Of a DNA stretch of 64,000 nucleotides, positions 37,901 to 51,904 are shown in pieces. The DNA is taken from contig CM082576.2 in NCBI GenBank assembly GCA_040954595.2, positions 10,109,129-10,173,128 on the forward strand, written 5' to 3'. The notes under the pieces were generated by a model. The model was given only the letters and a program-made list of their open reading frames with translations, ran no database searches and was not told where the DNA came from. A program made the position numbers and the translations under genes. Source of the DNA: Balanoglossus misakiensis (taxonomy: Eukaryota; Animalia; Hemichordata). Positions within the stretch are counted from its first letter, which is position 1; each line of letters begins with the position of its first letter.

Positions 37901-40900
37901 ACTTTTCCAGGTATTTATATTGTGATGAAATTGACCTGACAGCAGACTCGGTCCTGAGTACACTTTATGCTTCCAAGAAGTACATAGTCCCTCATCTTGC
38001 TAGAGCTTGCGTTGCCTACTTGGAAACCAGCCTCACGGCAAGAAACGCTTGTATCTTCCTTAGTCAGAGCAGGCTGTTTGAAGAACCTGAATTGACCCAG
38101 CGCTGTTGGGAAGTTATTGACGCCCAAGCCGAGGAGGCACTGAAATCGGATGGTTTTTGTGACATCGATCACACAACGTTGGATTCTGTGCTGTGTAGAG
38201 AAACACTGAACGCCAAGGAGAGTGTCATATTCGAAGCTGCTTCTCTCTGGGCGGAGGTGGAGTGCGCAAGACAGGATCTCAAGCCATCGCCGGAAAACAA
38301 ACGCAAGGTGCTCGGAAAGTCGCTCAGTCTGGTCCGTATTCCCACGATGCCGATAGAAGAATTTGCGAACGGTGTGGCTACGTCCGGACTACTGACCCTC
38401 AAGGAAACCACTGACATCTTCTTGCACTTCACGGCACGCAGTAAGCCCAAGATCGACTTCTGCTCCAAACCGCGGATAGGTCTGAAACCGAGGCGCGTCC
38501 ACAGATTCCAGTCGTCCGCGTACCGCAGTAATCAGTGGCGGTATCGCGGCCGGACAGACAGCATCCAGTTCGCTGTCGACAAGCGCATCTTCATCGCGGG
38601 TTTCGGCCTGTACGGCTCCAGCTCGGGGGGACACGAATACAAAGTGCAGATCGAATTAAAACGTTCGGGTAAAATTCTCGGACTGAGACACACGCAGTTC
38701 TTCTCGGACGGCTCAAGCAATACTTTCCCGGTTCTGTTCGAACATCCAATCCAAATAGACCCCGATGCGTATTACACAGCTAGCGTGATACTGGACGGCA
38801 CCGAGCTCAGTTATTTTGGCCAGGAGGGACTGACAGAAGTGTCGTGTTGTGATGTCACTTTTCAATTCCAGTGTTCAACTGAGAGCACGAATGGGACAGG
38901 AGTGCAGGGTGGACAGATCCCAGAAATGATCTTTTATGCTTGATACAACTGTGCTACATATGAATATATTATATATACAATTATGTTTTTGGGTGTATTT
39001 GCCATGAGAATACACTCATCATTTCTGGGCTATTTTTGAGTTTCAAGATTTTGCAGAAGTTACCACATGTATTTACCTGTAAACTGAAATACTGATGGAG
39101 TCCTGGAAATTTTATTTGAATCAGTGACACTCATTTCTATGATGGGACTCCTGTGCTAAATGTACATTTACACGATGTTTAGTCAAAATGAAAGAATAGT
39201 GTGTACTGCGAATACAGCTATCTGAAAGTGCAGCTTTCAACCTGCCAAGTTGATAATTGCACATGTTGGCAGGAAAAGACTATAGATGATGAACTCAATG
39301 GAAGCACTTCCGACAAAGGAAAGGTGACAAATAAGTAATAACTGTGTGAATCAAAATTGTTGATCCTAACTTTTCTGTAACAGTCTTGTAGTGCACACAC
39401 AAGAATTCCATTTTAAAGTATTTTGGTGTTAAATTTATTATTTCATGTGAGGTATTTAAAAAAGAACACAGTCAATATTATCTTTACACATTCATACACA
39501 AGTCCCTCATGTGAACTGACACCTCATCACAATTTACAAGCAATGTGTTCTCTCATCACAACCATTAGTACCCTGGTACATAATTATATGTAATGTTATT
39601 TTGCTTGATTTACAATTGATGATTAAAGTCTGGTTTGATCACAGTGTTTACATACCTATTGCTGGAAGATTTATATGAAGCTCAGTTGACAGCTTCAGGT
39701 AAGTTTTACCCAGTACATAAACATTAACCTGTAATGTGAAATGATAAAATTGAACATAAAATTAATAATGACACTGACTAGTCTACATTTGCACTCTACA
39801 TTGTGTGGATAAATTTATGATGGAAAACCATGATAATGCCCTACAGGTTAACATTCATTGATCTAGATTAAAAAGTGATCACAACATAGAAAGGTATATG
39901 GCATATCTTGTTCATTTGAAATGTTTACTTTTGCCATGGAAACTACATACCTGCAGAATGTCACTGAAATCTAGTAACATATCTGAGAATCCAAATGTTA
40001 AGGAATGAACAATAATGAGACACGCTAGCATTTGTGAATGAGCCATTGGAGTCATTTCTAAAGTTTTGTACCTTTGACTGTGGACCCAAGGGGACTGTAG
40101 CTTTACCCTGGTCATCACCATGGTTATGCCCAAATCCATTTTTTGCTATGGACCAAAATGGGAGTGATCATGGAGAGCGCCCTCAAGTGGCCAATCTTAT
40201 ACACTGTATTCCATGTTCCCATGGAATCTATCTACAAAATAACAACTGAAGAAACACTCCTGCAACACACTATTATAGTAAGGATACGTGGTGTGCCTTC
40301 AGTCCTACACACTAAGTACAAACATGAAGCAACAACATGGTTGGTCTTTCTGCCACGTGTTAATCTCTTGGAGACGGCCATTTTGAAGAAGTTATACGCT
40401 GTATCTATGCAGTGTTGATTCAATTTCAGCTGAGCGCCAAGAGCTTGTATCTTTCTCTTACCTGAAATTTAAAAAAAGGAAATTAAACAATTTATTCTTT
40501 ACTTTAATGAAACATGCATATCATTACAGATCAATCATACAGATGATCAGAACTGGTTTCTGGTGCATTAGTAAAACATTTAAACACAGACAGCAAGCAA
40601 ACAGAGCAGAATGATCTTGGCACTCACCATTTTGAAGTGTCACTGCTCTTGATTCTTTTCCAAACCCGTGATGGAAACTACTTCCCAAGGAGTGGACTTT
40701 TCCACCTGAAAAGACAGAGAGACTTATCCTAATATAATACCAAATTAAACATACATTTATAGTAGATTTTCTCTACAATAAGGTACTTTGATATTTTGTA
40801 TCAGATTTCATTGCCCATACCACTTGACAATGTGCTTTGAGAGAGATGGTGGGGGGGGGGGGGGTAAATAGAAGTGGAGATAAGGCACAGCTAAAATTAA

Positions 40901-41323
40901 GGTTGTACAGTATATTCAAAACAGTTGTTATTCATAAACAATAATTAGCATATTAAGTAACCAATGACAACTGCTATAGGTAAGAGTGAACCGAAACAAC
41001 CAAATACTTGAGGTGAAAGACAAACAATAGTGTTTAACATTGGAGCTCAGGTGAAGAAGTGGTGGAAACCAAGTGGTGCATGCAGTGGCCAATCGTTTAC
41101 AGTAGAGTTGATGGATGGTGACAGGAATTTCACACCTACCTTCAGAAGAAACGTATTGGCCAACGACTGAAGAGCCTCCCAGAGCATTTTCGGTAAAGTT
41201 GACTTCTGAAACGATGATATTGTCTTCCAAAACTGACCCACAACCTACACATACTGCGTTCCCACGGGCTTGATCTGTGTCGATCTCACTCCCACCACAG
41301 TTAGGACACGCGGTTTTAGACAT
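31994..41323 (-). CDS. BRF1: Transcription factor IIIB 90 kDa subunit BRF1, ~15 exons
   Basis: Zn ribbon [43 protein letters not shown]; cyclin folds ([74 protein letters not shown]); [24 protein letters not shown]; ends [16 protein letters not shown]. Exons 1-6: 41323-41140, 40705-40628, 40461-40288, 39982-39951, 39728-39656, 36638-36489. Confidence 0.96.
37346..38943 (+). CDS. BTBD6: BTB/POZ-BACK-PHR protein, BTBD3/BTBD6 orthologue, nested antisense in BRF1 intron 5
   Basis: Exons 37346-37704 and 37911-38943: [37 protein letters not shown] (BTB); BACK; [46 protein letters not shown]. Likely a pro-orthologue of both BTBD3 and BTBD6; start codon tentative. Confidence 0.93.
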
Positions 41324-41816
41324 TTCAAAACGCTCACTCAAACATCAGACACTGTGACGAAATAAATTACCGGTGTTCGGTTTAAGGCTAGCTATCTGTG
41401 CGCTTTTAAAGTGTCCGATTTGGGCAAATCGGCACCAAGTCTGTCGCGTCAAAACGATCACTTTATATATTGCATGAGAAACGCGAAACGGCGAAAGCCA
41501 TGTCGCACAGCGCCCTCAATAAGTTCATGGGTCAAAGGTCACATCGTTGAACGACCCGGAAGTGTGCTGCTGCTGCTATCGAACGCGGTAGCTACTACTG
41601 TCGTTATTGTGCATTCTTGAGTGGAAGTGCCTGATCGTTGCTTGGTCTACATATTTGTAGAGGCTGATAGTCATTTTCCTTCACCCCCACTTTACTATGG
41701 CAGCTGGATTCGTTAGAAAGTGAAACCACTCAGAAGTGATTTTCCACTTCGACCAGGCATAACAATCAGCATCATCGATGGTCAGACACATTTCCTAGAA
41801 TTGATAGTGAAAGAAC
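41324..41816. promoter_or_regulatory. Putative bidirectional promoter region BRF1/CMTR1
   Basis: Divergent genes ~0.5 kb apart; CpG-richer segment with ETS/GABP-type CCGGAAGTG at ~41556-41564. Confidence 0.6.
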
Positions 41817-44800
41817 ATGGAGAAGAGAAGTCCAAGTATGTGATACTGTCTTACCGGTTGCTTGTTTTGTGTTTCTATGGGTTTGTTGCACTCGACGAGC
41901 AACCATACGCGTCTCAAACTACCTCCCTCCCGTCAAACTAATATATGTAGCCCGACTCTAGGGAACAGATGGAGAAAACTATCCTCTGTCTCATTATGGT
42001 ACATCCATTATTGCAGATCGTCACAACGAATCATGTATTCAATAAAATTGTAGTTGTTATAATTATGTTAGAGACCGAGGGTCATCACAACCCACATCTT
42101 CCACAGGCCCTCATGCTTCCCCTCACATTGACTGTCTGTGTATTGCTTCTGTTCATCTGTCTGTCAGACTGATATATTAAATTTAAAGCATTTGAAATGA
42201 CAAAAAGCAAAGTGTATTTTTATGCTTTATATCTTTGTCTTCATTTGTGGCAGGTAATAAACCTAGGCACAAGAGGCCCTATTATGATGCATTCACTAAG
42301 GCTAGTCAAGAAGATGAGCATGAACCAGCACAGAAAAAAATTACACCACATAGTGGACAGTATGGTGAGTTGATGAGACCATCGCTCAGTACCTCCATGA
42401 TGAGACAAGTGAAAATTTGCAATGGATAAACAGGTTTTTCAAGTTTTCATTTTTGCAAAGTTCTACTATAACATCCCGATTACTTCAGACAAAGAAAACT
42501 TTGAAAACCTCTGTTCATCGGTCATCCATTGTATTTTCTTTTTCCATCAGTCAATTAATCTCTACTGTACTCAACACATACCAGCAAAGAGTGTTGTAAG
42601 TACAATCGATCAAGATACATATTGACAAATCAAAATTGTGCATTGTTCATTCAAGTGATTGTATGTTGTCAACAGCAGATACGAGTGCCAGAGGATTTGG
42701 CTATGGACAGATGTTCGTGAAACAGGAGGGTGTCATAGGGTCTTCAAACAAACAAGGTGTCCCGGTCAAAGAAGAGAGTCTGAGCGAAAGCAGTGATGAT
42801 GGTAAGTCCTGTGACGTGTACAAATATTGTTAACGTTGAGCTTTGAACAGGCATATTGGCCATGAAAATATACAGTAAGGTTGTGGTTTGCCACTCTATG
42901 CTATCAGGGATGCCACTAACTATTCAGGAGTCGATGTACCGGTACATAGACAAAATAACATTGTATCCAGTGTTTTTTGAAAATAACTTTGAAATTTCGA
43001 TTGATACATTACTTATAGATACTCCCAGAGGATTTGGCTATGGACAAATGTTCGTGAAACAGGAGAATGCTGGAGGTTCTTCAAACCAACAAATAAAACA
43101 GTTGAAGGAAGAAAGTCTCAGTGACAGTAGTGAGGATGGTAAGTCAGTCATAAAAAAGGCATGCATTGTTGTAACCTGTCAACAAGGGTTCATGCAAAAC
43201 TCACTTCTACCACCTCCTGATCCCCTCACCAACTCCCATTTTCAAGAGATGTATAATTTGCCTGTACTCTTATGACTATCTTCATTCCTTAAAGAACACT
43301 GTTTCCCAATCATGCCCTCCCTTGTCAGCAGGAAGATCGGTAAAGTGTGTTGGTGAGACTGTTTTCACAGTGTTGTTCTGTTATTTCACCTCCCTATAGG
43401 TCATCACTGTCTCAAGTGCCTGTGGTCAGAATTGCAAGACCAGACTTGTTGAACATTTCAATCCATTCTTTTTCTGTTACTTGCAGAGTTGGATGTCAGA
43501 CCCAGCTTCGGTCTTGATGGAGCAGTCGGTGCTTCAGAAACACAAGGGAAGGGATCGACAGCAGGGATTGGCACATCATATGGATCATCTGTGGCTCAAA
43601 AAATGATGGTAAGAGACAGAACAATTAACCCTCCCTTTCACCACCATGGTTTGGTCCCTAGCCAATGTGTTCTGTGGTGAAGTTGGGCCTCTACAGAGGG
43701 AAATGGGGAGGAAGGGTTAAAGATGAATCAGCCTCCCAATCAGCCCAAACGTTTTGATTGCTTTGAAAAGAAATTATCAACATTACTGTGGAGGCACTCA
43801 TTTATAAATTGTATTTTTATGTGTAATAGACCCGAGTTTTGAGGTTAAACTGTTCCAACGACAATGTACTGTTGTACAGCCGTGCAAGTTATGCATCTGC
43901 TGTAAGGATTTTGCTTACTAGTGGCTTCTGTGTTATGTTTTTTTTCTTAAGGAAAGAATGGGTTATAAAAAAGGGAAAGGTCTTGGGAAACACGGAGAAG
44001 GCAGAGTGGAAATTGTGGAAGCATCTAAGCAGAGAGGAAGGAGAGGTCTTGGTCTGAAAGTGAAAGGATTTGAAGGTGGCGATGACATCAAGTGGGAAGA
44101 CGAAGATGAAGTAAGTTTCTCTTTTAAGCCAAACATTCACGTCCGGGGCATAAAGTCCTACAGTCCTTACAGTCCTATCGAACACCACTGAGAATTAGCA
44201 TACACAGGTCTATCAGAAAATGTTGGCAAGTCAAACATCTATATATAAAACCAGAAAATCTCATGATTTTTATTGGTGAAATATACCACTCAAAGTATTG
44301 TAAAGAGTACAGTGAAATTTCATGGTACATGTTGCATTCTACGATGACATTGGCTTTCCTGATTTCTCAGCCCTCACCATATGAGACGGTGGAATGGTTG
44401 CCGCAGTGTACAGAGCCTGTACCGCACTGTGAAGATCTCATCCAGTGGCTCAGAACAGGAGAGGTAATATAATTAATACTAAAAACATTCAATGAAAATT
44501 TTAGGGTTATAGACTACTGAATGAAACTTCCAGGCGAAGAGCACACGTCTTTCTTACTGCAAAGGTCTTGCAAATAACAAAATCAATGTGTCACATTGTT
44601 TTATGTGAAACTCCAGAATTTCAGTGTCCAAGCTGAAAGTGAACTCATTTGTTTTCTTATCTTTTCAGCGAAAACTAAGAATAGATGATGAGACAGAATT
44701 CTGTAGGCATGAGATTCTGTTAAATATGCTGGCTTGCAAGGTATGTAATGACGAACAAATAAGATGTCTTACTGAAAAGAAACGGCGCAATATATCAACC

Positions 44801-47800
44801 TTTGAGCTATGTGTGGTCCATCAACATCATGAGACACTCATTGTGTTTTCGCTGACTTCAGTTGCTTGTATGATTTCTAGAGCCAATTCGATGAGTTGGA
44901 CCCGGAAGAAATGCGTCAAGCGAGGACCCGATCCAATCCCTACGAAACCATCCGAGGAGGCATATTTTTGAACAGAGCTGCAATGAAAATGGCCAACATG
45001 GACTTTGTGTTCGACAACATGTTCACTGACCCTCAGAAGGCGAATGGGGTAAGTTTATGCCTTAGTTTCTTCAGTGAAATTGCACAACCTAGCCAAGTTC
45101 CACGGCCATGTGTTTCTGTTTCATAATGATCACAGAAAATATGCCAATGTGCGTTTTGATTAATAATTAATGAATCACCAGAATCCATTTCTGCTCTCAC
45201 TACATATTCCAGATTTTTTCAGAAAAGAAAGCAGATTTCATTGTTCCTTGTATCTTATCTGATATACTTGGCAAATTTATTCAGTATGCAGCAAGCAGAA
45301 AGCTTGAATGTGAGTCAACTACAATTATTTGTCAACAGTTTTCATTCTTGAGGATTTCTTGTGGTGATAATGTACACTTGTCTTTTAATCTAATAAAGGA
45401 GTCTGCAGTAGGTCAGAATGAATTGCTGTACTTTGCTGATGTCTGTGCCGGACCTGGAGGATTTTCAGAATTTGTTCTCTGGAAGAAAAAATGGAACGCC
45501 AAAGGGTTTGGCTTCACTCTGAAAGGAGCCAATGATTTTAAACTGGAAGATTTCTTTGCGGCGTCACCAGAACTTTTTGAACCTTACTACGGTAAGTCCA
45601 GTCGAGTTTACGTTTGTGAAAGAAGTGACATTTAGATATCTTATTCAGGATTCTACACAGGTATTGTGCATGTTAGTTGACATCCCAAAGAGGATAATTC
45701 AGAATCCTGGCAAATTAACTCCACTGCAGGTGTTGGCGGTCTCCAGGGTGATGGTGACATCATGCGAAGAGACAATTTGGAAGCGTTTCGAGAGTTTGTA
45801 TTCGAGAATACAGATGGCAAAGGTGTTCATTTTGTGATGGGTGATGGGGTAAGTGATCGAGACCACAGTTTTTGTCGTAGTACTCAGTGAAATGACTGCA
45901 GGCGAGTGTTTCCTTTGTCCATGCCAGGACAGACAAAGTACGGACAGCCTTCCTCCCTTTTTCAAGATTTCAGATTCATAAATGTGGCAGATGAGTTTTT
46001 GTCTGCTGTTGTGGCCATCAAGCGTTGGCAACCTTCTTCCTTGTTTTTTTCAGGGATTTTCTGTGGAAGGTCAAGAAAATATTCAGGAAATTCTGTCCAA
46101 GCAGTTGCTGTTGTGTCAGTTTCTGTGTGCATTGAATATTCTCAGAGAAGGTGAGAGTGAAAAATATTTGTTAAAATCATGTCCTGAGAGTGTACTACAG
46201 TAAAGACAGATTCAACATTTCCTGTCCGTCAATGATTTTACACAAACTTTAACATTTGATTAAGGTATAGCATTCTTAAAAACTACTGCTGCAATTTGTC
46301 AGAAGAATACATATTGCAAGATACTGACAATGTTGGTGATTGAAACTACAGAATTTAAAATTGTTCTTACTTGCAGGCGGCAACTTTGTGTGCAAAACGT
46401 TTGATCTGTTCACACCGTTCTGCATCGGTCTCATATACCTGCTGTACAGGGCGTTCGATCAAGTGTGTTTGTTCAAACCAGTCACAAGTCGGCCGGCTAA
46501 CTCTGAAAGGTAAACTGTCTCTTTGATTTCCATGCAAAGAAAGGTATACTCAAATTTAGCCACAGTTACCATGGAAAGTTGAGATCAAGCCAATTGTGGA
46601 TTTTCAGTGGGTGGCCCAGAAAAAAACCTTGCACATGGACATTCAAAGAATAAGACCACGCCCTTTTGATCATGTATGTAGATTAGAGGTGATTGTATTC
46701 CTTTAAATTTAGAAAACAGAGACAGAATGGCAAGATCATACCTAATTTGATACCTGTACACACCATTCCATAGTGACTGCAATATGGCAGTTATCATTGA
46801 CTAAGATTCAAAAATTCCTTCCAGGTATGTTGTCTGCAAAGGATTCAGAGCAGAAGGTCTTCAAGTCCGAGATTATCTCTTTGTCATCAATGATCGACTT
46901 TGGGAGCTGGCAAACACAAAGCAGGATGTGATCGAAGTTGTGCCGTTACACATCATGAAAGAAGACGCTGATTTCACTGAATACTTCACAACATCAAATG
47001 AAAGGTAAGTAAGTTCATGATAGCTGGCAGCAGTTTTGGACACAATGGCAAATTGGGTAAATGTGCACTTCAGTGATGATTTTAACTTGTTGGAAACATG
47101 ACTGTTTTAGTTTGCTTTGTAATATTATCTGTATCAAAAGTTTTTTTGAAAGAGATCACTGTTTATTTTCTTTTTCCTTGACTGTTTTGCTGAAAAAATA
47201 AATCTCTATGATTTCCAAGAGCATCTGTCTTCCTTATATCATCACTTGTCAGAAATTACTCTTGAATGTAGAATCTATAAAATGAATATACATGTATATA
47301 CCCCAGTGTATTGTATTCCATTCCAGCCTTGCCATTATTCAAGCGAGAGCTTTGAAGAAAATCCAAGCGTACGCCCGGAACACGACATTATTTGAAGTGA
47401 GGCAGGCCGACATGAGGAAGGAATGTCTCAAGCTGTGGGGTGTAAGTATCTCATCTAAGCCACAAACTCATTTCTAAATACAAAATACTCTAGCTGTAAT
47501 CATACATTTGCTCTAATTGCTGATTGTCCGCAGTATGAGGTAGACACGATAAACCGTGTATTGTATTTTCATGTATTCATTACAGATTCCAGGGGACACA
47601 AGATCGGCGCCGAAGATACCTGACCCGTCGACCAAATTTCAGGAACTGCTAAAAGTTAGTAGTGACTTTTCTCTGTTTTTGTAGTCATTTTAATTCATGA
47701 GTGATTGTGAAATACAGACTGTGGACCTCATTATAGTTGGCATGCATCTTCAAATACATAGATTTCCGGCCTGCCATAACAGTGAAAGTAATTGTGAAAA

Positions 47801-49940
47801 TACTGCATATAATGATGTTCATGCCATGTATACGGCACTCTAACATGCCACATCCCATAATGTAGAGTTTTGGAATAATTGTGAAACGAGAATAATGTAA
47901 TTATGTAAAAGCGAAACACATCAATAAACTTTCATAAACAATACTTTTTTGACAGGAAAGCAACAGTGACTACTTCCAGGTCAAGACTTCCATTCTAGAC
48001 AAGGAATCCCTGAACAAGATACGTAGTGTGTTTGATTACCGTTGTATGATATCTAATGGGGAGAGGTGTTTTATATTGAGTCTTGGGGTGAGTACAATTC
48101 CACTTTCCATTCGATACTTGATATCTGCCCCATGACTATCGACCATTCTCACATACATTGACCATATGTTTCATTTCTTCTTTCCTTCATTCACTCTTTC
48201 TTTCTTTGTATCACCAGAGAAGCCATGTATACAAGTGGGACGGTAAGAGTCACACTAAATGGAGGAAGCTGATAGATAGCATTAGTTTAGAACTTCCGAA
48301 GGACACATTGGTAGAGGCAGAGATTGTGCAAGAGTTGAAAGGCGAGGTAAGCATGCACCATTTAATGAGTGGTGTTTCTCCTTTTTTGCTTTTCTCATTG
48401 TCTGGGTCTTTCTTACTGTTGTCTTTACAGCATACCCGATACATTTTTTTTCCTGTCACTATGGTGCTGAATGTCCTTGCATAGTCAGTCTGTACCCAGA
48501 GATCATGACATGCAAAGTTTAAGACCTTACCCCTATATGTGTTCATCAGACCTTGGTATCAGGTAATTCTGGCACTTGTGATGGTTAAGGGGTTAAACAA
48601 GTAAAAGTTCTGAATTACAATTTTTCTTCAGGGCAAAGGTCAAAGGAAGATAGAGAGTGTTCACATTGTTGATGTGATGTGGTTGGGCGGAATCGATCTG
48701 CGGAATGAACATTACAATACAAGGTTAGTTATGAATCAAATTCTGACATCGTAAAAAAAATGGAATATCAAAGAATAAAGATGTTCATGTAAAGTTGGAT
48801 GTCATGTTGTCAGTAACAGAATGCTAATGTATATCGGACTGATTTTGTACCATTTCCAACTTTGGGGTACTATAAGGTGGTGATGTAAATGAAATCAACC
48901 ATGATATGTAGGTGCTGATCAGGCCCTGCTGTGGCTATGCATTTATAATGTCTTTACATATTTGGAGCTACAGTGTCACTGGTGCTATTTTCTATCCTGT
49001 ACAACTAACTCACAGAATGCTGAGAGCCGAGATGTTCGTCAAAGCCATCTCCAAACCCAGCAGACCAGATTTAGCACCATTAAGGACGAAACAGGTCTAT
49101 AAACTGGAAGAACTTCATCAAATATTTGACTGGTAAGGGTAATGTTTTAAGCAACGTTTTCATATTTTACACATTGGACATTTGAAGTACATAGCAAATA
49201 ATGCAATATTGTCAAATTAATGTTGTCAAGTTTGTTTCCTGCCTCAGCCTTGCAATGAAAATGGTGAAAGGGAGCAGATTTCCTAGATTATGTTACGTCG
49301 GCAAAGGAGACCGTTGCTTGATACCCACTGGTGTGTATTTCATCAAAACAACGAAAGGTAGGATTTGAACATTGTCAAGTCCACATGTAACTACCAACAC
49401 TATAGCAGCAGGTTGAGTAGATGACATTACTGTGATTTTTACTGAGAATATTGTGACTGTTATTGTTACTTTTTTCTACCCTTTATAGATCCATGGACGG
49501 TAGCACTGAGCCGATCACAGAATAGAAAGTACTTCTACAACACCAACACAAAACAGTCACTCTTTGAAATTCCCAAAGATTCAATTGGCTCTTTTAAGTG
49601 AGTACATGTAGATTCTATGATACAGGTTTGATTTTGTAGAGCAGATGTAACAACTGCAACATCAGATGAACATGTAGGTCACTAGATAGCATCCAAGCCT
49701 GTCAATAATTTCTTTTAATTTGCAAGGGCAGTTTCAAGAGAAGAGTAAAGAGAGATTTTCCAAATCACGTTAACATGGAAACTTAATTTCTGTCGTTTCA
49801 GATTTTGTCAACAGAACCAATGTCATTGGCTGTGGGGAGAAGGGGTCAAGGTTCATGATAATCAAAATATCAAACCAGATCCGAACAAGATATCAAAGGA
49901 CACTGTTCTAGACTTCATCCATGCAAGTACCCAGAGATGA
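41817..49940 (+). CDS. CMTR1: Cap-specific mRNA (nucleoside-2'-O-)-methyltransferase 1: G-patch, FtsJ/RrmJ MTase, guanylyltransferase-like, WW domain
   Basis: G-patch [32 protein letters not shown]; [27 protein letters not shown]; [18 protein letters not shown]; [23 protein letters not shown]; [12 protein letters not shown]; [19 protein letters not shown]; stop 49938-49940. Start (ATG 41817, MEKRSP|) is tentative. Confidence 0.95.
43626..43720. mobile_element. piggyBac-like MITE (TTAA-CCCT ... AGGG-TTAA), in CMTR1 intron
   Basis: ttaaCCCTccctttcaccaccatggtttggtcc...ggggaggaAGGGttaa; related copies at ~14780-14840, 24674-24761 and, more degenerate, ~40103-40150. Confidence 0.65.
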
Positions 49941-51904
49941 ACTGCTTACATGAAACAAGACTAAACATTCAACAGAATGCATCGAGCAGCTGACGAATCA
50001 ATGAAATATGCTTGAAGTTGTATCAACTGAGTTTGATTCTAAATTTTCTGACAAATGTGAAACTTGAATTAAGAAACCAGCCCTATAAAAGGAATCTGTC
50101 CTTTTTTTTCACTGCAGACGCATTGCCATGAGACTGTACACAATTCGATAATTTGTTGATTTATGGTATCCGATGAAATCATTGGATGAAGAGCCTTATC
50201 TTCATGTTTGGTGGTGCAGCGTATGGCATATTGACCCTTGTATGTTGTTTGTGTAAGTCTAACTCAGATCAAATTGCTCGAATTTTGTCTCAGTATATAG
50301 CATTTATTGTAATTCTGAAAATAATCCATGTCAGTCAGCAAAGCAGTTGCACTCATTGGCTGCTCTGGTCTCACTGACACTCACCAAGGTCTGAAAGTAG
50401 GCTTGAAATAGCTCACAGAGAAGACATTTTGTGAGCATAAGCTGTGATGTTATGTTATACAGAAAGTAGCCCAAGTACATGTATGTTCATGGGGAAAAAC
50501 CAGTACTTTGGGAGAATGTGTTAACATCCAAAACATCAGTCAGTGACATTTCAATTAGTGTGTCTACCAAGGAACACAAAATTGTTCTCATGTATCCATG
50601 GACATTTTTTGCACCATATTTTCCCAACTTTTCCAATATGAGCAAGTCCCATAACCTGGTACTGGAGCAATTCTAGGACAGTTATCCCTATAGCATTTAC
50701 CTCTTGCAAATACATGTGGTGAGTAATTGCATAACAAAGCTTTCCACCTTGACTAAACTCTACTAGAGATTCAAGTGAGATATTTCAAGTGATGCGCGTG
50801 TCATTTCACATGTCCAGTACTGGAGCAACCAGAGAGGCCAGGGGAAAACAATTGTTGAGTTTTGTGTCGATTTTACTGCCAGTTTGTACTCAAAATCCTG
50901 CTTTCAACAAAAGTGGAAATTTCACGCCCATGAATTTTTTTTCCTTTGCCGTTTCATGGGAAATAAAAGCCAAATCATTATTTTATTGTAAGATTGCTTG
51001 TATTTGTATTTAAAAACAATACTGCCATTATTTATGTACTTGTGTTGATAAATCTTGTGAGGTTGGGGGCGCTGTACTACTACCAGAATGACGTCGTTTG
51101 TGGCCAATATCCGTCACCCTCGAGGTGCAGCTTGGACATGGAAAAAGCAGAGAGAAATTGTCCACTTGCGCAATCGAAATTAGTGCCAACTCGTGAAAGT
51201 CATGGCCTAGTAACACAGATATTAACGTGGTGGGGGCGTGTAGACTTTGGACTAGCATGCTTAATATTGGATGCGCGATTTTTAAACTTCAGTAGAGTAA
51301 ATGGGTGGATGTTGAAAGGCAACGGTCGGAGGTGTTTTTGAAGTTTCGTCATCAGACATTTGTGTCTGCACAAAAAAGGAAAACAATGAATGCCAAATGA
51401 GGCCGATAGGATAACTAACCAGTGTAGGTTTGTCATTTTGTCAAACAAGCGAGAAGCACGAAATTTATTGTAATTTATTAGATTTGGCTCGTCCAGTCTC
51501 CATAGCTACAAGTTATCATGTGACGCTCACTACTGACGTTATGTTTTAAAAGCGAGAATGAATGACTTCAAAAATTGGAGATGTTTAAGGTTTGTGTCAA
51601 AATGTCAAGTTTTTTTCGCATCACATTTGTTTTAGAGAGAAGGTATTTGATTTTGGATGCGCATTTTTGTCGTAGCCAGGAAATTGCAAGAAGCATAGAC
51701 ATTCAATTACAACATATACACACAAAATTTTATGACAATAACTGCTCGATTTATTTCACACACATGTAGGTTGTATAACTACACTGTATTTTATAATAAT
51801 CATTATCAAATCAGAATGTCCAGGTATAAAACAAATTCATACTAAACGCGTCAGAGTCATTTGAAATTTGAAGTCTTGTCATCGTCGTCCACACTGCGAT
51901 GTTT

